NCBI GenBank assembly: GCA_016280345.1
Contig: JAEEGN010000226.1
Location: 1 to 49,646, forward strand
Reading direction: 5' to 3'
Source: Selenomonadaceae bacterium
GTDB taxonomy: Bacteria > Bacillota > Negativicutes > Selenomonadales > Selenomonadaceae
DNA: 49,646 bases
Below the pieces are notes generated by a model. That model saw only the letters and a list, made by a program, of their open reading frames with translations. It did not search any database and was not told where the DNA came from. Positions 9,579 to 16,225 of this stretch are shown here, piece after piece; positions within the stretch are counted from its first letter, which is position 1; the number at the start of each line of letters is the position of its first letter. A program made the position numbers and the translations under genes.

Positions 9579-10352
9579 TCAGTATTCCACCGACATGAGG
9601 TACAGCCCGGCTGCCGGGGCAGTGGCACCGGCCTGGTGGCGGTCGCCGGCGGCGAGGATGACGGCGAAATCCGCTGGCGTTATCACGGCCCGACCGACGT
9701 TCACCAGCGTGCCCACGATATTCCGTACCATGTGGTAGAGAAAGCCGTCCGCCCGGAAAGTCAGCCGGATCTCGTCTTCTTCGCGTCGCACTTCAGCCAT
9801 GTCCATCGTCCGTACCGGGCTCATGGGGGCGCCGCCCGCCGCCCGGAACGACGAAAAATCATGCCGCCCCAGGAGCGTTTTCGCTGCCTCCGCCAGCGCC
9901 TCCGTATCCAAAGGCTGGTGGATATGCCAGGTGTAGTTCCGCCGAAAAGGGTCCGGCGTCTCCCGCTGGAGGATTCTATAGAGATACGTCTTCCGCCGGG
10001 CACTGTGCAGGGCGCTGAAGTCCCGCGTCGCCTCCGTCGCCTCTGTCACCGAGATATCCGGCGGCAGGAGACCGTTCGCGGCCCTTGCCACGCGGTCGAT
10101 GGGGATACTGCCGTCGGTGAAGAAATTCACTACCTGACCGTAGGCATGGACACCCGCGTCCGTGCGTCCCGCCGCCGCCAGCTCAATCGCATCGCCAAAG
10201 ATTTGCCCCAGTACCCGCTCCAGTACGTTTTGCACCGCCTTGATTGGCGGCGTCTGACGCTGGAAACCATGATAGCCCGAACCATCATAGGAAACCGTGA
10301 GGCGGATGTTCCGCTTTCGCGCCTTCATCTCCGCCTTGTGCTCCGGGCGCAT
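9579..10352 (-). CDS. truA: tRNA pseudouridine(38-40) synthase TruA
   Basis: NIRLTVSYDGSGYHGFQRQ, AAGRTDAGVHAYGQV and FLYHMVRNIVGTLV are TruA hallmarks. The start is ambiguous: 10367, 10352 (TGATG overlap with the ecfT stop, GGAG 9 nt upstream) or 10328. Confidence 0.9.
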   Translation of the reverse strand: MRPEHKAEMKARKRNIRLTVSYDGSGYHGFQRQTPPIKAVQNVLERVLGQIFGDAIELAAAGRTDAGVHAYGQVVNFFTDGSIPIDRVARAANGLLPPDISVTEATEATRDFSALHSARRKTYLYRILQRETPDPFRRNYTWHIHQPLDTEALAEAAKTLLGRHDFSSFRAAGGAPMSPVRTMDMAEVRREEDEIRLTFRADGFLYHMVRNIVGTLVNVGRAVITPADFAVILAAGDRHQAGATAPAAGLYLMSVEY

Positions 10353-11155
10353 CAGATTCCACTCCATTTCAAAGCGCCCAGCGTCGCCAGGAACAGGACG
10401 ACAAAAATTGTCGCAGCGTAATCCGGCCGGCCGATTTTCATTTCCTTCATGCGCGTACGTCCGTTGCCGCCACGATAACAGCGGGCTTCCATCGCCATCG
10501 CCAGTTCGTCGGCCCGGCGAAACGCGGAAATGAAAAGCGGAACCAAAATCGGCGTCAGGCTGTAAAGCCGCCGGAAGAAATTGCCCGAGGTAAAATCCGC
10601 CCCCCGCGCTTGCTGCGCCTTCATGATCTTGTCGGTTTCCTCAATCAGCGTCGGTACGAAGCGCAAGGCAATCGTCATCATCATCGCCAGCTCGTGCGCC
10701 GGCACCCCAAAGCACCGCAAGGGGCGGAGCAGCCGTTCCAAAGCGTCCGTGAGCATCAAAGGCGACGTGGTGAAGGTCAGGAGCGACGAGAGAAGGATGA
10801 GCAGCACAAGCCGCAGGCACAGAAATAATCCCTTCACCAATCCCTCCCAGGTCAGGTCAAAAATCCAAACCCGCGCGATCACTTCGCCCGGTGTTCCGCC
10901 AAGATGCATGAGGAACGTGAAAGCGAGGAGCCACCAGAGCGGCCGGACCGACTTGAAGAGCAGCGTCATCGGCACTGTCGAAGCTGCCGCGAGACAGAGC
11001 GTCAGTCCCGTCAGCGCAGCATAGGCGCCCGGCGTGTCAAAGGCAAAAATGGCTACGATGAGCGCGAAGAGCAGCACGATCTTCACCCGGGGATCGAGAC
11101 GGTGCAGGAAAGACGTCCCCGGAAAATACTGCCCGATGGTGATATCCGTCAGCAT
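10352..11155 (-). CDS. ecfT: Energy-coupling factor transporter transmembrane component EcfT
   Basis: Multi-pass membrane protein in the canonical position after the two EcfA ATPases. It carries the conserved C-terminal ARG...AMEARCY motifs (QQARGADF, AMAMEARCYRG). Confidence 0.9.
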   Translation of the reverse strand: MLTDITIGQYFPGTSFLHRLDPRVKIVLLFALIVAIFAFDTPGAYAALTGLTLCLAAASTVPMTLLFKSVRPLWWLLAFTFLMHLGGTPGEVIARVWIFDLTWEGLVKGLFLCLRLVLLILLSSLLTFTTSPLMLTDALERLLRPLRCFGVPAHELAMMMTIALRFVPTLIEETDKIMKAQQARGADFTSGNFFRRLYSLTPILVPLFISAFRRADELAMAMEARCYRGGNGRTRMKEMKIGRPDYAATIFVVLFLATLGALKWSGI

Positions 11156-12027
11156 GGCCGCCCGCCTCCCTTCCGTCTTGCCGTCAGCGCTTTTTGAATG
11201 TGCGCCGCCGCCTCCTCGGCCGAGAATGCCGCCGCGTCAACCGCCAGCCCTGCAGCCTGAAGTTTCATCAACAGTGACACGGACTCTGGAGGCGCCAATC
11301 CCGCCGCGGTGATTTCCTGCTTGGCGAAGAACGCCTCCCGCGGCGGCGCGTCGAGAAGCACGCGGCCGTCGTGCAGGAACACGACCCGGTCCGCGAGACA
11401 GGCGATATCCGCCATATCGTGGGACACGAAGACGATGGTCAGCTTCTTCTCGCGATGGAGCCGCCGAATGCGTCGGAGAATGGACGCTCTGAGACGCGGA
11501 TCAAGGCCCGCCGCCGGCTCATCCAGTATGAGATACTTCGGCTCCAATGCCAGGACACCGGCAATGGCCACCCGGCGCTTCTGTCCGCCGCTGAGCTGGA
11601 AAGGAGAGCGGTCCTTGTATGTTTCGTAGTCCAACTCGACAAATTCCATCGCTGCCCGGACGCGTCGTTCGATTTCCTCCGGAGGAAGCTCCTGGTTCCT
11701 GGGCCCGAAGGCGATATCCGCCGCCACCGTCTCCTCGAAAAGTTGATGCTCCGGGTACTGGAACACCATTCCCACCTTGCGACGGGCCGTCTTTGCCTCT
11801 TTGCCCTTCGCCGACAGATCGGCACCGTCCACCAAGACCGCCCCGGAGGATGGGTGTAAAAGCCCGGAGAGAAGCTGCACCAGCGTGGACTTGCCCGAGC
11901 CGGTATGGCCGGCCAGCGCCGTAAGGCTCCCCTCGCGGATTGTCAGCGATACGTCGGAAAGCGCCGTCCGCTCGAAAGGCGTTTTAGGCATATAGGTATA
12001 GGACACGTTCTTCAACTCGATGGGCAT
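11149..12027 (-). CDS. ecfA2: ECF transporter ATPase EcfA2
   Basis: Canonical N-terminus MPIELKNVSYTY from ATG 12027. Walker A GHTGSGKST, signature LSGGQKRRVAIAG, Walker B LILDEPAAGLD. Confidence 0.9.
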   Translation of the reverse strand: MPIELKNVSYTYMPKTPFERTALSDVSLTIREGSLTALAGHTGSGKSTLVQLLSGLLHPSSGAVLVDGADLSAKGKEAKTARRKVGMVFQYPEHQLFEETVAADIAFGPRNQELPPEEIERRVRAAMEFVELDYETYKDRSPFQLSGGQKRRVAIAGVLALEPKYLILDEPAAGLDPRLRASILRRIRRLHREKKLTIVFVSHDMADIACLADRVVFLHDGRVLLDAPPREAFFAKQEITAAGLAPPESVSLLMKLQAAGLAVDAAAFSAEEAAAHIQKALTARRKGGGRPC

Positions 12028-12902
12028 AGCGCTTTCACCAAATCTTCCTCCGTCATGATATCCTCTGGCAGGCGGACGCCCTTTTGCCGGAGACGGCAAG
12101 CCACGTCTGCCGCCAGCGGCACGTCCAGTCCCAGGCGTTTCAGAGTCTCCACCTGGGGGAACACGCTCCGCGGTGGTCCCATGAGCGCGACGCGACCGTT
12201 TTCCATGGCGATGACCCGATCCGCCGCCGCTGCTTCCTCCATGTAGTGGGTGATATAAACGACAGTGATGCCGCTCTCGTCGTGCAGCCGTTTCACCGTC
12301 GCCAGCACCTCCTGCCGGCCGGCGGGGTCAAGCATCGCCGTCGGCTCGTCCATCACCAGGCACCGGGTACGCATGGCCAGCGCCCCGGCAATCGCCACCC
12401 GCTGCTTCTGCCCGCCGGACAGGAGATGCGGTTCGAATTGACGGAACTCCGTCATGCGGACCGCCGCCAGCGCCTCCTCCACCCGCCGCCGTATCTCCGG
12501 CGGATCGACGCCCAGATTCTCCGGCCCGAAAGCCACGTCGTCCTCCACGACGGCGGCGATGATTTGGTTGTCGGGATTTTGGAACACCATGCCCACTGTC
12601 TGCCGGATATCCCAGAGACGGCTCCCGTCGCGGGTATCAATGCCATTCACCCGGACGACGCCCGCCGTCGGCAGGAGAATCGCGTTCAGATGCTTCGCCA
12701 GCGTCGATTTTCCTGAGCCGTTCGCGCCAATTACCGCGACGAATTCGCCCTCCTCCACGGTGAGGTCGATGCCGTCCAGCGCCTTTTCCTCATTGTCCTG
12801 CCCCGCGTGATAGATATGCGTGAGGCCCTCGATTTCGATGAAAGCCAAAAAACCATCCCCCGGAAGGCGCATCACGGCTGGCAACAGCGTCTTCCCCAAC
12901 AT
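12012..12902 (-). CDS. ecfA1: ECF transporter ATPase EcfA1
   Basis: Walker A GANGSGKST, LSGGQKQRVAIAG, LVMDEPTAMLD. It is the first gene of the ecfA1-ecfA2-ecfT-truA block. The start is uncertain (12902 or 12872). Confidence 0.9.
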   Translation of the reverse strand: MLGKTLLPAVMRLPGDGFLAFIEIEGLTHIYHAGQDNEEKALDGIDLTVEEGEFVAVIGANGSGKSTLAKHLNAILLPTAGVVRVNGIDTRDGSRLWDIRQTVGMVFQNPDNQIIAAVVEDDVAFGPENLGVDPPEIRRRVEEALAAVRMTEFRQFEPHLLSGGQKQRVAIAGALAMRTRCLVMDEPTAMLDPAGRQEVLATVKRLHDESGITVVYITHYMEEAAAADRVIAMENGRVALMGPPRSVFPQVETLKRLGLDVPLAADVACRLRQKGVRLPEDIMTEEDLVKALCPSS

Positions 12903-13080
12903 AAATAAGGGCGCCGCCCTCGCGGCGCTTGTTTTTCATATGTGTATTATACCATCACATAACGTCATAAACAAGAATAGTATTGGCACGTTGGGAGAAA
13001 TACGAGAGCATTTCTTTTGTCCATTCAATGAAAAATCTAGTACCAATTACTCATTTTTGCTCAAAAATCATCATTTCGTT

Positions 13081-13109
13081 TAAGAAAATAGAAAATCCTG
13101 CGATATAAT
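13081..13109 (+). promoter_or_regulatory. Candidate flagellin promoter (sigma-28/SigD-like -10 CGATAT, overlapping a TATAAT hexamer)
   Basis: TGCGATAT at 13099-13106 matches 6/8 of the SigD -10 consensus GCCGATAT. TAAG/TTAA lies 14-15 nt upstream (consensus TAAA). The same bases contain a perfect TATAAT (13104-13109) with no good -35. It lies 92-120 nt upstream of the flagellin ATG. Confidence 0.4.
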
Positions 13110-13152
13110 AGATGAGCAGGGGGATACCCTGCGCAGAATCAGTCATTATTTG

Positions 13153-13191
13153 TGCGGTTACGGACAACCGCATGTACATTCAAGGAAAGGG
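13153..13191 (+). promoter_or_regulatory. Flagellin 5' leader: hairpin with GGA in the loop plus a GGA-containing Shine-Dalgarno (CsrA-type site pair)
   Basis: Stem TGCGGTT/AACCGCA (13153-13159 / 13166-13172) with loop ACGGAC. SD is AAGGAAAGGG at 13182-13191. The layout resembles the BS1/BS2 arrangement of the B. subtilis hag leader. Confidence 0.4.
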
Positions 13192-13200
13192 TGCATGAAC

Positions 13201-14550
13201 ATGGCAATGGTCATCAAGAACAATCAGTCCGCAACGAATACCCTGAACACGGTAAACAAGAACAACAAGGCGTTGGGGAAGAGCCTGAAGAAACTCTCCT
13301 CCGGCATGCGGATCAATGACGCTGGTGACGACGCCTCCGGGTATGCCATCTCGGAGCGGATGCGGACGCAGATCGGCTCCCTTGGCCAGGATGACAAGAA
13401 CGCCCAGAACGGCAACGCCATGCTTCAGGTCGCTTCGGGGGCGGTGGACAGCACCGTCGAGGTTCTGCGTACCCTGAAGGAGAAGCTCATCAACGCCGCC
13501 AACGACACGAACACCGACGCCGACCGTCAGACGCTCCAGCGCGAGTTCGACCAGATGGTGGATCAGATTGACGACAACGCTAATACTACCTATAACGGCA
13601 TGATGCTGATTGACGGCTCGAAGAATAAGATGGTCATTGATCCGGGAACGCATACTAGCTTGACGAACATGAGTCTTCATGAGGATACTGATGAAGATAC
13701 TAGGCTTGTTGATTTAAAAGATAAGACCGGCAATAGTTTAGGAATATTAAGCACAGACTCGGTCACGGTTTCGTATGTCAAGCAAGGGGAAACTCATGTT
13801 GTTACTACTCCTGTTACATATCTAAATAATCGTGGGAAGACAAGATTCCATACAATTACGAGTTTATTTGACGAAGTACAAAAACAAATTGGTGGCACAC
13901 CTGATTTAGGACTAAAAACGCCTGTTAGTGATATTATTGGGACTGACGCAACGGGAAATCCTGTTTATACGCCGGACAACAAGAAAGCGGTAACTTTTAT
14001 CGCTGATGAGCCAGGTACTGAGGGGCAGATTTCCGGTCTGACGATTTCCATCACCGATAAGCATGGCCAGTTCCGTCGCACGGCCAATACGGTTCTTGAT
14101 AATTTCGAGGAGACGGTCCGGGCCGAAAATCCCTCGCCGGACAATTCCATCGTCCTTCATACCGGCACCAAGGCGAATCAGGCCGTCAAGGTTCCCCTGA
14201 CCGATATGCGCTCGGTGGCACTGGGGCTGAAATCGACGAGTGGCAAGACGCTGAATATCTCCACCCAGAAGAACGCCAACGCCGCTATCAACGTGGTGGA
14301 AACAGCCCTGCAAAAAGCTCTCGACCAACAGACGCTGATCGGCGCTGTTGGTATGCGTCTCGGTTTTACGCGCGCCAACATCAACACCGCCGAGGAGAAT
14401 ACCCAGGCCAGCGAGAGCGTCATCCGTGACGCCGACATGGCGGCGGAAATGACGGAGTACACGAAGAACAATGTGCTCCAGCAGGCCAGCCAGTCTATGC
14501 TGGCCCAGGCCAACTCCAACTCCAGCCAGGTTCTGAGTCTCCTGCAGTAA
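13201..14550 (+). CDS. fliC: Flagellin
   Basis: Conserved N-terminal D0/D1 (MAMVIKNNQSATNTLNTVNKNNKALGKSLKKLSSGMRINDAGDDASGYAISERM) and C-terminal domain (IRDADMAAEMTEYTKNNVLQQASQSMLAQANSNSSQVLSLLQ). ATG 13201 sits 9 nt after the SD. Listed ORF 13150 starts upstream. Confidence 0.95.
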   Translation: MAMVIKNNQSATNTLNTVNKNNKALGKSLKKLSSGMRINDAGDDASGYAISERMRTQIGSLGQDDKNAQNGNAMLQVASGAVDSTVEVLRTLKEKLINAANDTNTDADRQTLQREFDQMVDQIDDNANTTYNGMMLIDGSKNKMVIDPGTHTSLTNMSLHEDTDEDTRLVDLKDKTGNSLGILSTDSVTVSYVKQGETHVVTTPVTYLNNRGKTRFHTITSLFDEVQKQIGGTPDLGLKTPVSDIIGTDATGNPVYTPDNKKAVTFIADEPGTEGQISGLTISITDKHGQFRRTANTVLDNFEETVRAENPSPDNSIVLHTGTKANQAVKVPLTDMRSVALGLKSTSGKTLNISTQKNANAAINVVETALQKALDQQTLIGAVGMRLGFTRANINTAEENTQASESVIRDADMAAEMTEYTKNNVLQQASQSMLAQANSNSSQVLSLLQ

Positions 14551-14569
14551 ATCTTTCGCAAACCAATCA

Positions 14570-14607
14570 AACCCCTTCCTGGCCTTTCACCGGAAGGGGT
14601 TTTCGTT
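14570..14607 (+). terminator. Intrinsic terminator of the flagellin gene
   Basis: 10-bp stem AACCCCTTCC / GGAAGGGGTT followed by TTTCGTT. Confidence 0.8.
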
Positions 14608-15030
14608 ATAATGCCATAAATCATATTTTCTCCGAAGGAGAAAAATCACTTTAGCCAGCATTTCAACAAGGCGTGCGGTCGGAGGGAGATTTAAACTCCC
14701 TCCGACCTCCGATATACACCCTCGCTTTTAGAGGCGGGGGACATCTCAGCCTTGTTATAAATTCGCCACGAATCATGACAGAAGATTTTTCACAGCGTAA
14801 TGGTCTTTGATATAAAAGTTCAAATAGTCAAACTATACATTTAATACGAGAGCCCAAAACATTGATATACCGGGATTTATCCGTTTTTTGTCCGGCTTAT
14901 TCCGGGTTTTTCTACTGAACAAAACGCTTGTCATACTGTCAAATAACAACCTGAATCCCTTGAATTTCGCCCATCGCAAATGTCTCATATTGCTCAAAGA
15001 AGAAAACTTAATCCCCCCTCCGGGAGGGGC

Positions 15031-15053
15031 GTGATATGCCACTGGCATATCAC
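15031..15053. repeat. 23-nt palindrome, copy A (GTGATATGCCA-c-TGGCATATCAC)
   Basis: Perfect 11-nt arms. It is followed by AGGGGGAGCAAGCGGCAC, which recurs in diverged form after copy B. Confidence 0.85.
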
Positions 15054-15159
15054 AGGGGGAGCAAGCGGCACTTCGCATTGCGTAAAGCCGAAGATTTTCG
15101 CGAAAATGACGACTTACGCAGTTTTATCATGGCGTGCCCTTCCCTCTGCCCTTCGGGCC

Positions 15160-15182
15160 GCGACATGCCAATGGCATGTCGC
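15160..15182. repeat. 23-nt palindrome, copy B (GCGACATGCCA-a-TGGCATGTCGC)
   Basis: Perfect 11-nt arms. The two differences from copy A in the left arm (t->c twice) are mirrored in the right arm (a->g twice). It is followed by AGGGGAAGAAAGTGGGAC. Confidence 0.85.
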
Positions 15183-15226
15183 AGGGGAAGAAAGTGGGAC
15201 GAACTTTACGGATTCCGGTATCAGAC

Positions 15227-15264
15227 ATGACAAAAGCGCCCTGCAAACGGGGCGCTTTTGTCAT
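15227..15264. terminator. 15-bp perfect hairpin spanning the hicB stop codon
   Basis: ATGACAAAAGCGCCC-tgcaaacg-GGGCGCTTTTGTCAT. The hicB stop (15261-15263) lies inside the right arm. It probably acts as a terminator or stabiliser for the hicAB transcript. Confidence 0.55.
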
Positions 15265-15686
15265 GGGCGGAAGTGCTGGGCGGCGGAATCTTTGACGCCA
15301 AGATAGTTTTTGAGCGATTCCTGCAGCAGATGGGAATAATTCACCTTTTCTTTGCGGGCAAGGATATCTAGCCAGCGCGGAATCGTTACCGTCTTATTCG
15401 TGGATTTGTTGAGCATCTTTTCGCGGAAGGGAGGCATCCAGGCCTCGATCATGGCAATGGTTTCCCCGGGTCCGGGCTTTACCTCTGCCACGGGGGACGG
15501 CTCCGGAATCGTTTCCCCATCTTCTTCCATGCCATACAGGTGAAGCTGGAGGGCTTCTTTGGCATGACGAAAAGCCATTTCCATCGTATCAGCGCAGGGG
15601 AGACAGCCGGGTAAATCCGGGAAATGAATGGAAATACCGTCCTCTCCGACATGGAAAACCGCAGGAAAAAAATAATTGTCCTTCAT
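15261..15686 (-). CDS. hicB: HicB-family antitoxin (type II TA)
   Basis: N-terminal HicB/UPF0150 fold signature (FFPAVFHVGEDGISIHFPDLPGCLPCADTMEMAFRHAKEALQLHL). C-terminal RHH-like DNA-binding tail (TVTIPRWLDILARKEKVNYSHLLQESLKNYL). ATG 15686 is preceded by GGAGGG at 7 nt. Confidence 0.85.
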   Translation of the reverse strand: MKDNYFFPAVFHVGEDGISIHFPDLPGCLPCADTMEMAFRHAKEALQLHLYGMEEDGETIPEPSPVAEVKPGPGETIAMIEAWMPPFREKMLNKSTNKTVTIPRWLDILARKEKVNYSHLLQESLKNYLGVKDSAAQHFRP

Positions 15687-15720
15687 TTGCAAGCCCTCCG
15701 TCTATGGGACAGGCAGAACG

Positions 15721-15918
15721 TCATGAAAAAACAATACCCGACTGTTCGGATATACGTTTCAAAGTGTCAATAGGAATATCTTTGACCGGGTGGGTAACGG
15801 TAACGCGCCCTTTCTTTGTTGGATGTTTGAACTGGTGATGATCGCCAATGCAATGTACTTCGTACCAGCCATCCGCTTTAAGCTGCTTTATGATTTCTCT
15901 CGACGAGTAGCTTTTCAT
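15721..15918 (-). CDS. hicA: HicA-family mRNA interferase toxin
   Basis: 65 aa: MKSYSSREIIKQLKADGWYEVHCIGDHHQFKHPTKKGRVTVTHPVKDIPIDTLKRI (YcfA/HicA motif G-x-HH-x-F-x-HP). ATG 15918 is preceded by AGGAGGAAG. The listed ORF extends upstream without support. Confidence 0.85.
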   Translation of the reverse strand: MKSYSSREIIKQLKADGWYEVHCIGDHHQFKHPTKKGRVTVTHPVKDIPIDTLKRISEQSGIVFS

Positions 15919-16128
15919 GGCGCTTCCTCCTGTAGTCATCATAGCAAATATAATTATAAGTGTCAATGCGATTTGCCGACGTGTTATTCGGTATGAAATC
16001 TTGAGGCACGCCGCTCTCTTTTCCTCCTCCTCTTCACACATCTTGTGCCACGGCGGGTAGTGCGGGGCAAGATGTATGGAGGGGCTTATTTTTTCGCGTT
16101 TTTTAACCGTTTTTTAACATGAAAACGC

Positions 16129-16157
16129 TTGCCAAAGCAACCCCGCCCGGCTATAAT
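16129..16157 (+). promoter_or_regulatory. Sigma-70-type promoter of the tpsA-tpsB operon
   Basis: TTGCCA (16129-16134), a 17-nt spacer, then TATAAT (16152-16157). It lies about 70 nt upstream of the tpsA ATG, which has the RBS AGGAGTG. Confidence 0.65.
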
Positions 16158-16225
16158 GAGACTAGGATAGTGTCATTGTGGGAAAGTCTGCCCATTTTCC
16201 CCATCTTTCATAGGAGTGAAAGGCC

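Noticed and set aside
12907-12936. GC hairpin GCGCCGC-cctc-GCGGCGC followed by TTGTTTTT, directly upstream of ecfA1, oriented as a plus-strand terminator with nothing to terminate.
   Set aside because: It is most simply a bidirectional terminator or leader hairpin left from the gene that normally precedes ecfA1 (rplQ in the usual synteny). No further evidence is available from this window.
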